DNA of 49,676 bases, counting the filler, from Streblomastix strix (Eukaryota), in the NCBI GenBank assembly GCA_008636045.1. It is 2 parts of 2 records of this genome, joined end to end, with 100 filler letters (N's around TTAATTAATTAA, not from the genome) between each part and the next. Parts side by side here need not be neighbours in the genome. Positions count along the whole stretch, not along the records: positions 1 to 24,830 come from SNRW01000225.1; 1 more part is not named here. One strand, 5' to 3'. The translations under genes and the position numbers were made by a program. The notes beneath the pieces were generated by a model. It made no database searches. It was given only the letters and a program-made list of their open reading frames with translations, and was not told the DNA's origin. Of this stretch, positions 11,301-23,733 are shown piece after piece (positions within the stretch are counted from its first letter, which is position 1; each line of letters starts with the position of its first letter).

Positions 11301-12770
11301 AATAATTAAAATATGATAAGTAAAGTAAGAAGGTTCATGTTCAAACGTCAAATAATCTAATATCTCATATCATTGCTGTTGATTTCAATTCCTTATATCC
11401 CATCGTTATATCATCTGAGCTGCATAAATTTACAAAATATATAGGCAGAAAAATGTATATGCCTGGCTCCTTCTTTGACAGATTATCAGCTTAAGATCAT
11501 TATGGAAATTCCGACAAATAAAAGATAATGATTATAATTAATAGCAAAAATAGATTCATCAAAGACGGCCAATTATTTATAGATGAATTAAAGGGGCACA
11601 TTGACGAAAATTATATCAATAATTTTATTAATTTCAACACTATTTTGAGAAACTATACGTTTACCACTAGCGAGGATATAATTTGGTCCTACATGTATAA
11701 CCATATGAAAAATAGTAACATTAAAATAGACCAAAAATAGTGAAAAATAACGAATTTATTATTGATGATGAGCGAATTTATGTCCTTCAGCTCTTTTTAT
11801 CTATGGTTCTTGATTGATGACTGTCATTTTCTTATTAATGATGTAAAACAATTAATTTTATTTAATAAGCATGAAGGATTTAATCTGTTCGTCAAGTAAT
11901 TTATAGGCAAGAGAATATAGGCGAAAAAAGAAGGAAATAAAAGACTTGAATAATTTTGTAGAATAACGATGAATTCATCATTTGGATCCGATGGAGTGAA
12001 CGTGGAGAAATATACCGAAATTAAGATCATGGATATGAAGGGAGCGTTAAAGTCTCATTTATTAAATACTTTTATAGATGAGCAATAATTATCGGAAAAT
12101 GGGTACGCAGTATAATTAAACCCCGAGACCTGCACAAGTAAAGCACCAATATAAGAAGCATATTTTATGTTGGATAATGCAAAATATTGGTATCTTAATT
12201 TTATATACAATTTTATGTATAATGCTTTTGACATGGAAAAAATGCACTTCATGGAAGGAGATACTTACTCGGTTTATTGAACAGTTAGTGGCTCATCGGT
12301 AGCGGGACATTTATAGTAATATATCTAAATAATTAAACATAAATAATTTTTTTGATGAAAATGTAAATTATTATTTTCCAAAGCAAAGCTTCGAGAGAAA
12401 TGAGACTATAGAAAATGATTTATTGGACGAAAAAAATATAAGGTTTAGCTCCTGAAAATTAAGGAATAGAAATGATAGCATTAGCCCCTAAGAATTACTA
12501 TCTAAAAGTTGGAGACAAAGATGAAATAAAATTAAAAGGAGTATTATAAAGCACTAATCATGTTACAAAATAGAATATCATTGATAACATTAACGAGAGA
12601 ACGATAACCAAAGCAATAAATATGCAGTTAAGGCAATTGAATTATATTATATCTATAATTTCTACATAAAATAAATACATTACTGGAATTCATAATTTAA
12701 TGGTAGTACTAAAAGATAAAAGCTGTTGCCCATACATCTTAAGCTTTAAAGATAACGACTGTATAATTAA
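8394..12770 (+). pseudogene. Protein-primed family B DNA polymerase (Polinton pPolB), inactivated
   Basis: ExoI YYITYDFRTV (~9967, E>R); ExoII VPIVGFNSARIDF (~10246); KGIFPY (~10486); GGITGGLSNV (~11234); motif A VDFNSLYP (11378-11401); motif B RITMNSSFGSDG (~11960); motif C EGDTYSVY* (~12254, DTDS>DTYS then TGA); IALAPKNYY (~12475). Several frameshifts. Confidence 0.92.
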
Positions 12771-12779
12771 CTCCCTTTG

Positions 12780-13190
12780 TGCAATCTTAATAATAAATTC
12801 ATACTTTGGATATAATTATTTTTATGACTATAGAAACGATAACTTATTTTTCGACTTTCAACTTGCTGCCATATTTATCTGCATCTCATTATATAGCTTT
12901 ATCTGGTGCAAATATTGGCACAGGTATCCAACATAAATTGTCCAATCTATTATTTAATATATTTTTTATCAATATGTTCGATAATGGGATATATATAAGT
13001 TAGGAATAAACTTCCTCGCAATTAAATTATCCTAATAATAATACCCCCCATTTAATATAATACTATAATATCCATTATCTAGAGTTATATAGGATATAAA
13101 TTTATCTCTTCATCTTCTTACAATGTTGTGGCTCATCGGCAAGAATCTTATATTCTTCATCCTTTGAAAGAATATACAAATTGTTAAATT
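12780..13190 (-). pseudogene. HNH endonuclease (HNH_3-type), frameshifted
   Basis: Pieces across frames read DNGYYSIILNG / IARKFIPN / YPIIEHIDK / NNRLDNLCWIP, matching the 'HRLVA.AFIPN...VDHID....NN...NL.W' pattern. Confidence 0.7.
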
Positions 13191-13399
13191 ATTCAATTTT
13201 TATATACAAAAAAAATTAAAAAAAATATTTTCTTTTCATTCTGATTGAATTGGTAATGTTTAATTTAGGCATCACCCCCTAAAAGTCTAGGGATACTTTT
13301 TTGTCTCTTGATTATTTTTGGCTTTATAGCCGTCGGGGAAAATTTTACTCAACAAAAAAATTATATCGTATAGATCTCCGCCTCGCGACTGTTTTTCAT

Positions 13400-14212
13400 T
13401 AATATAAGGCATTAACTAGGTCGTCCAATTGATTTAAGAAGTTATCGTCATCCTATTTTTGAACTTTCATCGTAATATAACGAATTGATATATTTTAAAA
13501 ACTAACTCTAATTTAATTTTTTATTTCATGGTTTCTACTAACGGCCACGGGTAAATTATCATAAATTTTTATATAATTTTTGTCTTCTTTAAAGTTATTT
13601 TTATGCTTTCTATGGAATTTGTATATTATTGTATCGTCCTTTTCTTCGATTAATTATAGCACTAAAATATAATCGTTTTCTTTATCCTATGGCACAGCTC
13701 TTGGTTTCAATTATTAAATTTAGATATCTTTATCGTCATTCCGCTACCTTAATTCTCTAATGATTTATTTAATTTCACTGACAGCATGTTATTCAATGGA
13801 TTCATTAGTCTCGGTATTAATCGCTGGCTGTACTCGATTATTAACTTAGTCAATTATTTTACTGACGTATACTGCATACTTTGGGCTTATCCACATTGGG
13901 ACATAGTTGATTAAATTAGGATGAATATAATATCCTTTGTAGTAATTATCAAAACCTTTATTAATTGAGTACGTTAAGAGGTATGTGTGCCCACTTATGG
14001 ACTCAATTTCATTGGATTTTATATTTAAATATTCTGTTTATTAGACATACCGTTATAAATATCTAAATTACTTATTATATTATTCATAAAATTTAGTTGT
14101 ATTAATATATATTTTCTTCAGTTTTAATCAATAATTTTAAACCATTATAGGTTCCATTAATGAAGCGGATATTATTGTTTGAAATTTTGGTGGTAGTCTT
14201 GACGTTTTCCAT
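13400..14212 (-). pseudogene. KilA-N domain protein, frameshifted
   Basis: MENVKTT...RFINGTYNGFKII, then YINTTKFYEQYNKQFRYLQR...KGYYIHPNLINYVPMWISPKYAVYVSKIID (KilA-N signature G.Y.HP.L....AMWISP), followed by a coiled-coil and LKPRAVP. Confidence 0.8.
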
Positions 14213-14569
14213 TTTATAGTTAGATAAAAAGTAGAAATGTAAAAAAATAAACGTTATTTATTATCAATTGCTCAGTTTCTCAAATTTTCCGAGCCATTTA
14301 TTTAATAATAAAACTCATATTTATTTAATGTACCATATAGTAAAAAAAATTCTTCGAAGTCCAAGCCCAATATACTATTTTCCTCATACACATTTTTAAT
14401 TCACTCTCGCCTAAATATAACGTGAAGTATATATTTGTTAATGATACAAGTAATAATTAATTGAAAATAAGGGTAAAATATATCGAATAATCAAATCTTA
14501 AAAGGAAACCAAGTCACGAAGAAGAGTAATGTGGGATATGAAAAATATATATTTTTATTTTTATATAAA

Positions 14570-14835
14570 TGTCGTTTCCAATTAGTGATTAAATCGATGA
14601 ATTATATTGCTTTGCTTGTAAAATTGGAGTCTAAATTGATGCTTCCGAATATGAAACATAATGAAAATTTGAAGCACTTTTCGATGGGTAATTCCCGCTA
14701 AAATAGTAAATATAAAATATAAAAGATGATGTAGGAATTGATTTTGGGCCAGTTCATGGTAAAGTTTGTGAGCTCATTAATTATGTCAATTATTTAAATT
14801 TCATTATTATGTTAAATTAGACTAATAAAAATTGA
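14570..14835 (+). pseudogene. Small hypothetical viral ORF with an internal TGA
   Basis: MSFPISDQIDELYCFACKIGVQIDASEYETQ*KFEALFDGQFP...GIDFGPVHGKVCELINYVNYLN...KN*. Confidence 0.35.
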
Positions 14836-15373
14836 CCAAGCTACTATTTTAGGCGTCATTTACAAAGTCAATATATATTTATTTCTCTTTATCATTAATT
14901 TCGGATATTATATATTTTTTGATTTGCATGAGTTGATTAGTTTAGTCCAATTGCTTTTTAATTTAATTATATTTATTTTCAAAATATTTGTCTTGCTCAT
15001 TAATTAATTTATATTTATATTCTTCTTCATCGACATATTATTTTATGCTTTGTAATTAATTTTATAAATTTAGAAATTATTTATTTATTTTCTGTAATTC
15101 TTTCAAAAGTGGAAGAAGTGGGAGCTCGTTGTTTTTGATAAGCATATTTTATTGGGCATGAATTGCCACCCTAATCGTATCCTCATTTCCAAAGGGGTAT
15201 TTAATTAATTCATTAAAATGCTGTTTAATGGGCTTAAATTCATTATTAACCGAAGCTAAAGATATTTTATATAAAATAAAAATAGAAAAGAATTATGTAA
15301 CATTTCACCAACCATCAACGGAACCATTAATGGCTTACAAGTCTCGAAGTTGCCGTCTAAGGACTCAACGGAA

Positions 15374-16460
15374 TCATAATGTTCTTTTGTTAAATTTCAA
15401 TATATTTCCATCTGCGGATATTTATAATCCCCAATCAGATTAACCTTCTTATCCTGCTTTTACTATGATAAATTCAAAAGGACTTGAAACATTATTTCCA
15501 ATAGTTCCTGTCAGCCATTAATTATCAATATAACCAATATTTGAATTTAGATCACTGCCAAATTATATATTACTCCATTAGTTGATTGGATGCCTACTAA
15601 TTCTTATACTTTCGTTAAATGAATCATTAACTGATGGATTTACTTATGATAATTTTTCGAATGTTTTTATACCATTAATTGTTTAATTAGTAGCTATGGA
15701 AACAAAATCATCAGCAATCTCTTTTCTTGCAAAATAATCATCATCTATTGATTCTTCATCATCTTCTCGTTTTCGTATTAAATCTTCGATCATTTATAGT
15801 GTTAATGCTGTCTTTTAAACGAAATTTTCACCATTAGCGCATAATATTACCGTAGCCAATCCGCCAGCCTTAATAAATTTGGTAACGGTAAGATTACCAT
15901 CATATGATAATTATTGAATATAAACGTGGCCATGCCTAGCGTATTTCGCTGATGCATCATTATATCTTACTCTAATAACTGTAGGAATAGTTGCCGCGCT
16001 ATCTTCGACATTTTTAGGATGAGTATGATTATTTCTAGCATATGCGGCTACAGAACCATACATACCTTCAGCAGTGCCAGATGGTGGTATTGAATCAGTT
16101 ATTTAAATCGGATGCTAATAGTCAAACCTTGCATAAGTGCTGGCATATCCAACGCTTCCAACTGATGTATCCTTACTGCGTAATGTAGTGGATACTTATA
16201 GAAGATGCTAATGGTCCCCTCTAGAGTATTCAGTACTGACGCCAGCAACGCCTGCGCCACTATCAACTAATGGCATCGCATCATTGGCAGGAGAAACTTA
16301 ATCAGGCACAATATCACCACTATTGTACCAATTATCAGAGTATATCCATACTGTTCCGCTCTCGGCACTGAATTTAAAATCAACATCAAAGGAATTTGAG
16401 AGTGAAATTATATCTGCGTTCAGTAAATAAATATCCTCAAAAATGTATGTATTGGGCAAG
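15374..16460 (-). CDS. Phage tail-fibre-like protein (N-terminus missing)
   Basis: About 355 codons open in table 6 to TGA 15376-15374. Four repeats: GVAGVSTEYSRGDHQHL, GSVGYASTYARFDYQHP, GMYGSVAAYARNNHTHP, NDASAKYARHGHVY. Also TKFIKAGGLATVILCANG and TNQTINGIKTF. Confidence 0.7.
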
Positions 16461-16469
16461 CTTTTCTTT

Positions 16470-17902
16470 GATGGTTATAATATCATTTTTTACCCCAATA
16501 ATACCAGAGTCAATCGATCCGACAGCGGATTATAATTAATTTACTTCATTAATTAATTGGTTTATGCACTAATAACTCCGTTAATATCTTGCCACTTGAA
16601 AGCATTGTACCAACAAAGCGTCACTGTGAGGTATTTATTGATGTGTCATTAAATGCAATTAAAATATAAGCAGCAATTAATGCATTTTGTTATAAGATAC
16701 CTCATGATATTATATTTAATAGTGTATAAGACTTTAACTAATTGAACCAGATTTTAAATTCTTTTCTTATTTTGACAAGAAACTACGCATCGCTATATTT
16801 ATAGCTCTGGATGCAAGACTTTTTATAAGATTTGAAGGTTGTGTTGCTAAATAAAACTAATAAAGTAGCAAATAGACATATGGCTTACCAAATGATTCCA
16901 CCAGAGAAAGCTAGTATAATATGTTTATTAAATGTGGCTGCCACTTCCGCAGTTGTTCCCATGACTGACCCAATAACATATTTACATGAATATTGATATG
17001 GTAAAGTTAGCGTTCGAATTGTCAATACGAAGCATGCCACAGCTGCCGCAAGGGCACCATAGAACATTATTTGCTAAATTCAAGATGCAATATTTACAAA
17101 ATTGGAGATATAAAATGTGTGTTTCAATATCGAAAATGAAGACTCAATTATTTAATTAATACAAAGCCAAAATATCACTAATTTCCCAATACAAGTATTA
17201 AGGTCGTAATCTTCCAATTTTCCATTTAATAATTTTGGTATCACAAGTGGCAGCTTATAAAGTATTATGTCATTCTCGAACATTAAGGCTATGTTTATGA
17301 CTTTCGCCATGCCTTAATATCCAACGTGGTTTTTCCCTATCCTATTTCACTACTTCGATTTAGTCATTGATTAGCGGCATGTGATTCCTGCGCCATATGA
17401 GGCATTGACTTAAGCCGTTAATGGCTAAATGTTTGATTGTTTCGTTGCTTAAGATGTCGTTAGTGCTCCCTCTGATTTGTTTCATTCTCTTACTTTCGAG
17501 AATAAAAATATAAACGACTAAAGTGATTTTATGGACATACTGATGTAACAGTACTAATAGCAGATAATATATTTTATGCCACAACTTTATTTAGAAGAAC
17601 AAAAGGGACTAAAACATTATTTCCAAATAAATATATGCTTGCTTGGAAATTAGCTACTGACGATTCATTTATGTGTGGATATAACTCTTCAAAAATAAGC
17701 GCTAGAACAAATATATAGGTTATTTTGCACGGAAATTTAGTTCAAGGAATTAATGATAGTAGAAGAATAAAACCAGACTAAAAATAAAACAATTTTGATG
17801 TATTTTGCTGTATAAGAGCATATCCTGATCCAGTAGAAGTTGAACTGACACCGATTACCCATTGTCTATGTGATGTTTTAGTTCGGATAACGTTTTATAT
17901 TA
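16470..17902 (+). pseudogene. Putative double jelly-roll major capsid protein, truncated at both ends
   Basis: About 450 codons of beta-strand-like sequence (DFNQLNQILNSFLILTRNYASLYLQLWMQ...IKAMFMTFAMPQYPTWFFP...FDLVIDQRHVIP...PNKYMLAWKLATDDSFMCGYNS...NIQVILHGNL...HCLCDVLVRITF). TGA at 16994 and a frameshift near 17530. The capsid call rests on context and pattern only. Confidence 0.5.
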
Positions 17903-18045
17903 TTCCAGAACAACCATTACATATATAGTGCAATGCCATTCGGAACCAAACACTCACCAATATACTTTGCAACAACAATGGATCAGGAGACTACAAACTG
18001 GGGAAATTAATTTTACGATAGACATCTCGACAAATGAATTGATTT
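17903..18045 (+). mobile_element. Tiny internally deleted DIRS retrotransposon remnant
   Basis: FQNNHYIYSAMPFGTKHSPIYFATTM (RT motif, compare YRAMPFGTQHSPIFFA at ~25020-25060) is joined directly to SGDYKLGKLILRQTSRQMN (compare AGDYSLSKKTASRACMMM at the RNaseH/MT boundary, ~43204). Confidence 0.75.
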
Positions 18046-18903
18046 GAGAAAATAGGTATATTCTTCTATAACATCTACAATCAACTACAGAAATTTAAGG
18101 CTTTGATGAACCAGAAAATGTATTAAATGAAGTTATTGTTGAAAATTTGGCTTTTATAGGATTATCTTTCTATTTCTCTAAACTCTGTAATTTTTAAGAA
18201 AATTAGTGAATGATTAATAAGTATAATAATAATTGCTCCATAATGTATAGAACATTCTTGATATATAAAGAATATAAACTATATTCGTCAATCTCTTATA
18301 TATGATTGAAATTTCTAATTTTTAGAAAAGAGAACATCATTTAAATAGAAAGATCTGAAACCAATTCTTAGCAAAATATGTAATTTCTAGAGGTATTTAT
18401 GAACTTAAAAGAAATTAACTCATATGATATGAAGATGATTATAGACTCTTAAATTATGCAAATACGCGAAATATATGAATCAATATTTAAGAATATAGCA
18501 CTTATGGCTAATATTTTTAAAAATAAGAAAAATTTAATAAATTACTCAAATCTTACCAAAATATAATACTTGACCAATTAAATTTAAAATCATATTTCAT
18601 TGCTTCAGTAATATTTAAACAATTTTTTTCAACGAATACTTCTGTTAACTAAATAATTCAGTTTAAACGTTTTCTCAGCAATATTTTCTTACATATTCTA
18701 TACTGTTCAAAAGAACATAGATATGCTCGATTCCAATAGAAATGCAATATCCATTGTAATATGTAATGTGAAAGGTTAATTTTTCCACTAATTTTTTGGG
18801 TCAGTGGTTTAGAAATAAAAACTTTAAATATTTCAATGCATAATTAATATTACACGGTTTAATAAAATTGTGCAAATAATAAATTAATCTGATATATTTA
18901 TTT

Positions 18904-20370
18904 CATTTAATTTTCAAATAGTCCGCGTTGAGGACTTCGAACGACTTTTTTTGCACTTTTATGCTTAGGAGGTGGCCTCAGTGCTGATATTAAAGTATTA
19001 TCTACTATTAATTTTTAATTATATTTTCGAATCTTTGAACATCAATTTTAGCAACAATTATACCTCGTACGACTTTAAAATCGATTCCTGCAATTCGGAA
19101 TGCTGCTTTCGTTGTTTTGATAGAAGTAGCTATTTGTAGAGCGTCGAATGCTTCTAGAACGCTTTGTGATGGTGTGAGCTTTGTTTTACCCCACGAGATT
19201 AATTAATTGCTCCATTTAGAGTGATGAAGGAATTACAATCTAGCGGTTGAAAAAATTATATGCTATCAGCTGGGAAAAATATCATCACATTTTATTACCC
19301 AAGAAGTTTCTTAACTTCATCAATTATACAAATTTCGCAGTTATCAGTTAATTGAATAGCTAACGCATTTTTTTGCTATATTGCAACTCTTTTAGCTTCG
19401 AGATCTAGGAAATAGCACTCCTTTAGCCATCTTACGAACAGATCGTTATTTTGATTTCCTGATCTTGATCTGTAAATATCTGCATATTTACCTTGAACAA
19501 TGGCTTGATGTAATAAATCCTCATCTGTAATATCGTCTTTGGTAATAATTAGAGGTTTTATGCACTCTCTAGATAGAGTAATCCATGCACACACTGAAAT
19601 TCTACCTTTTGCACGATCAGCACCGTATGAAGATATATCTTGTGCTATAGATGCAGGAACAAGGAAGTATTTAATTCAAACATCTAAAAAAACCAAGACA
19701 CCATTTTCATCTATATTTGAAATAAGAACTGCTAAAATACCATGAATATTATCTTTCTGAATGTTGATGTAATTTCGCACGTCTTCATACTGAAGTCTCA
19801 AACGTTTAAACTCACGTGGAGATGTTCGAATTATCTTTTTCTCATCTGGATGGCGCTTTGTGAAATAGTAAACAAACATATGTAAAACGTCAAGTTGGAA
19901 AAGAGTCCATACTATCCTACCCACGTCCTCTAATTTTAAAGGCTGACCTTCAAGCAATTTCATTGTCAAATATATTAATAATTCATTTTCTTGTTTATAG
20001 GTGAACATACAAGATTTTTTTCCCTACTTCTCTTTTTCCACCAGCTATTCCTTCATAAGTCGACTAAGTAATGACTCTGAGCAATGGCATTTTTTCGCAG
20101 AAATTGGTGTTATCTAGAAGATGGAAATTAAGGTTTTCATTAAAGTAACAGTATCTTTTACAAGATACGATAATGATTTGCTTTAAATTGTCTTCATAGC
20201 AGCAGTACATGCCCTTTTGTCAAGTTGTGGCACCCAACCATCATATAATTTTTCAATTTTCCTGCTAGTTTGGTAATGAATTCGACCATGTCTTCATTAT
20301 TCTCGACCTCGAAACATTAGATATTTGAATTTTTCTTATAAAAATTTACTATTCATAACACATATCATTA
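18904..20370 (-). mobile_element. pogo/Tc5-like DDE_1 transposase relic with a CENP-B-type HTH region
   Basis: MFTYKQENELL...FVYYFTKRHP (HTH), ISNIDENG (D1), RISVCAWITLSRECIKPLII, SGNQNNDLFVRWL, QLTDNC (D2), FFQPLDCNSF (D3), AAFRIAGI. Frameshifted, and no TIRs were identified. Confidence 0.8.
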
Positions 20371-20779
20371 CATTTTCTCATTGCGTATCAGCATACAAAA
20401 ATGAAAAATTTATTTATATAAAGTTTTATGGAATATATGTGTAATTTTTAAATTTTATGAAGAAAGTTGGTTAATTGAAATATAGTAAATATTGAATTTC
20501 AACCAAAAATCACATCATTCTTGACCAAATTATATTCGATAATATCAAATGAAATAGATGGAATTTTATTAAGATACTCGAATATTTAAAAGTTCAAAAA
20601 ATGTTTAATTAGAATTGTTTCATCATATTGAATATTTATCTGAACTATTCATTACATCGAATTTTCTTCTTCATCCACAAATTTCGCAAAAAATAAAAAT
20701 TTATTCAATATTTATTTTATATTAAATAATGATATGTTGTTTAAAAGATGACAGTTAAATATATGATATGATCGAAATT

Positions 20780-21620
20780 TAAGTATAAATATTGTAAAAT
20801 ATGAACACACTTTAGAACTATAACGCTTTCATCTTTTTTTTCATTTTGTGACATATAGCACAAGTCCCTTCAATTAGAACTGTCCAAATTTCTTCTTATT
20901 TTTTTCTTATATTTATCAACTTTGGCCTATATCTTCATTGTGATTAAGATAAGTTCTGGATTCCAATTTTCCAACGACAATCATTGAAAGCTGGATTTAC
21001 TGGAGCAATTGACCTTTTGCGCAATAGAACTGTAGTTTCACTCTTCTAAAGAAAAAATATCCAAATTTAGCATTCAATATAACCATTTCTTTATGAGTTT
21101 CACATCACTAATTCTCATATTTACCTTCAATAGAAAGTCCTGGATTAATAATTCTGTAAATTTTCACCATTTCCCGGAATTTAAAATCCTCTATGGTATC
21201 TGTACGTTCAACATCAGAAAATTTCAATGGTACATCAACCCCTCCTCTTATACGAAGTACTATTTGTGTTGTACTATGAATCTGGGTATTGTAGTGTTAA
21301 TGGGTCCGATCGTCTACAAGTTGTTTCTCTGCAAAGGTAAGATTTTTATGCTCATATGGTCTATCTTTGTCCAAGATAAGCTGCAAATATTTCATACACT
21401 CGACTGCATCTTCATTATCAATTGTAAGATAATACAAGTCATCTTTGCTAAATTCACTTTTCAATTAATTCTAATCAAGTTTCTTCTTGTAATTGCAGAG
21501 ATAAAAACTAGAAGAATCAATCTGAGCTTTAATGCCTGCAGTCTTGCAGATATCTTCAAGAGTCTCAATATTCTGAGCAATAAGACTAATTATTCTGCGA
21601 TTTAGAATGAACAAGCATAA
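20780..21620 (-). pseudogene. Ubiquitin-like domain + Cys-containing domain + RING-like pseudogene
   Basis: LTFAEKQLVDDRTHQHYNTQIHSTTQIVLRIRGG (21345-21240) mirrors ubiquitin [34 protein letters not shown]. It continues YRIINPGLSIEGKYEN.*CE...PAFNDCRWKI and ends CAICHK...VLKCVHI. Stops and frameshifts are present. Confidence 0.7.
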
Positions 21621-21978
21621 GAAACAATTTTTTATCATTAAATTCATTTTTTACAATTTAATAAGAATATTTACATCTAAAATATTCCATTTTTATCTAA
21701 AAAAAGCACTTAGCAGGTGAGTGAACTTTGAAATTTTACTTTAGCAAATGCTTAATGTATTATTTATTATTATGAATGCAATTATTACTTAACTATTCTT
21801 TAACTTACATTAATATAAATTTTACTAAATTTAAAACGTTTAATTATATAAGTAGAGCTTTAAAAACATTTTTTGAAAATACATAATATATCTATATATG
21901 CACATTTTTTTGTATTTAATTTTAATTTATTCATAATAATTTTGTTATTAAATTTATTTTATTTATTTATATTAGAAA

Positions 21979-23700
21979 ATGGACCCACATAATAAAGAAG
22001 ATCTTCCAGAGATAGAAATTGCAAAAGAACCTGAAAATTAAACAGAGTCAGATAGTTAAAACTTAAACAATAGTGAAAAACAGAATGAAAATATAATTTT
22101 GAATGAATTATAGCCTAATATATAAGTATTAACAACAGTACAAGAACCAGAAAAAGGACCAGAAATTTCTTCAATTGATAAAATTCAAATCATAATAAAA
22201 GGAAAAGCTAAAAAGAAGAATAAAGAAATGAAGAGATAGAATAAGATTAAGAATAATGAAGGAAGCAAAACTGACATTAATGATAAAGTATAAACAAATG
22301 ATGATATTAATTAACTTGCATAATAAGATGAATATTATTAATGGATGATTGAGTTGGAAAAAGCAAAGAATGAAGTTGGGATCTCACAACAAAAAATTAT
22401 TAAAGTTTCTTCCTTTCTAAAAATGTCAGCTCAAAGAATATTTTTACTTTAGAATAACACAACGTCTATTGAATCCAATTCCATGAGTTCAGCATCTTGT
22501 ATATCTGTTGCTAATCGAGCATGTCAATATCTATATGAATAATCTAAACTGTAAGAGAGTGTAACAAAACAGTTGAAAGAGATGAATATTACTGTAGATA
22601 TACTCTTTTTCTTAACACATCTCCCACTTTCAGCCATTTCTGATTGTTTTATTTCACTTTTATGCGAAATATTTAAAGATATGCCATTATAAGCGTCAAT
22701 TAATCTATTTAATATGGGAGTGATTGAACATTTAATCAGATTATTGAATCATCCTTATTCAGAGATTCGAGAGAAAACTATTGAATCAATCTGTTATATA
22801 ATCTGTGCATAAATTTCAAATACATATTAGCTTCATAAACATCCATATTATAAAGGACTTTAATCAAGCTCAATATTGGATAAGATTATTAAATATATGA
22901 ACAGTTCAGAAAGAACAAATACAACTCGTGCATATGCAGCAGTTATTCTTGGACTTGTACATTAAGGTATTTAGATGGCTGATGGAATGTTGATGAGTGT
23001 TGTCAAAGCATTGGTTAAATAGTTGAAACCTAGAAGTACTGAAAAGGTATTGAGAAATGTATATGAATTAATTGATAAATGATTATTATATTGATTTCTT
23101 ATTAATTTTTTTGTAATTTATTTTTTCTAATTATCAACTTATTTTTATATATATCATTATTCACACAGGTATAAAAGTATATTCTAGAGGCTTTATATGT
23201 GATTGCTCGTAATAAACAATCACATATTCATTTAATTAAGAATAATGTAATTGAGCCTTTAGCTGATGTTATGATAAGTTAAGATGAAGAGAAATGTTGC
23301 ATTGCCTAATAAGTATTGATATAACTAATGTAAATTGGAAACATATAAACATACAATCATGTATCAAATATATTAAAAAGAGTAAAATATAAAGAATTTG
23401 GACATGATACATTAAGAAAACTTGTTTAAATTCGACTTAATAGAATGGAAATGCAAGGATGGATTAATAATAAATAAATTATGAATAAAATCGATCATAT
23501 TGGATAATAGATTACAAAAGAGAAAAGAAATATAATTAAAAGCATAAAATAATAATAATTGTAATAATAATTAAATATAAAAGAAGTTAAAGAAGATTCT
23601 GATCAATAAAATTAATAAATGAAAAGAAGCGATGAAATAACAGAAACAGAAAATGAAGATTTATTTATATTTAACAATTATGATACAATTGAAACAGATA

Positions 23701-23733
<33 letters not shown>

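Larger units (their letters stand above)
800..17902. mobile_element. Decayed Polinton/Maverick-like endogenous DNA virus (possibly two adjacent fragments, with internal deletion)
   Basis: Intronless, densely packed table-6 ORFs include rve integrase, protein-primed PolB, HNH, KilA-N, a fibre-like gene and a capsid-like gene. Integrase plus pPolB is the Polinton hallmark. No matching TIR pair, packaging ATPase or protease was recognised, and boundaries are approximate. Confidence 0.85.

Noticed and set aside
14860..15215. Minus-strand coiled-coil-like ORF fragments (DEEEYKYKLINEQDKYFENK...)
   Set aside because: Probably a decayed viral gene, but too broken to give coordinates or a product.
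18050..18900. Patchy coding-like sequence after the DIRS scrap
   Set aside because: Multiple TGAs and no motif; it cannot be supported as a feature.
21093..21605. 170-aa plus-strand ORF, the longest in the track
   Set aside because: It is the antisense shadow of the ubiquitin-like pseudogene on the minus strand.
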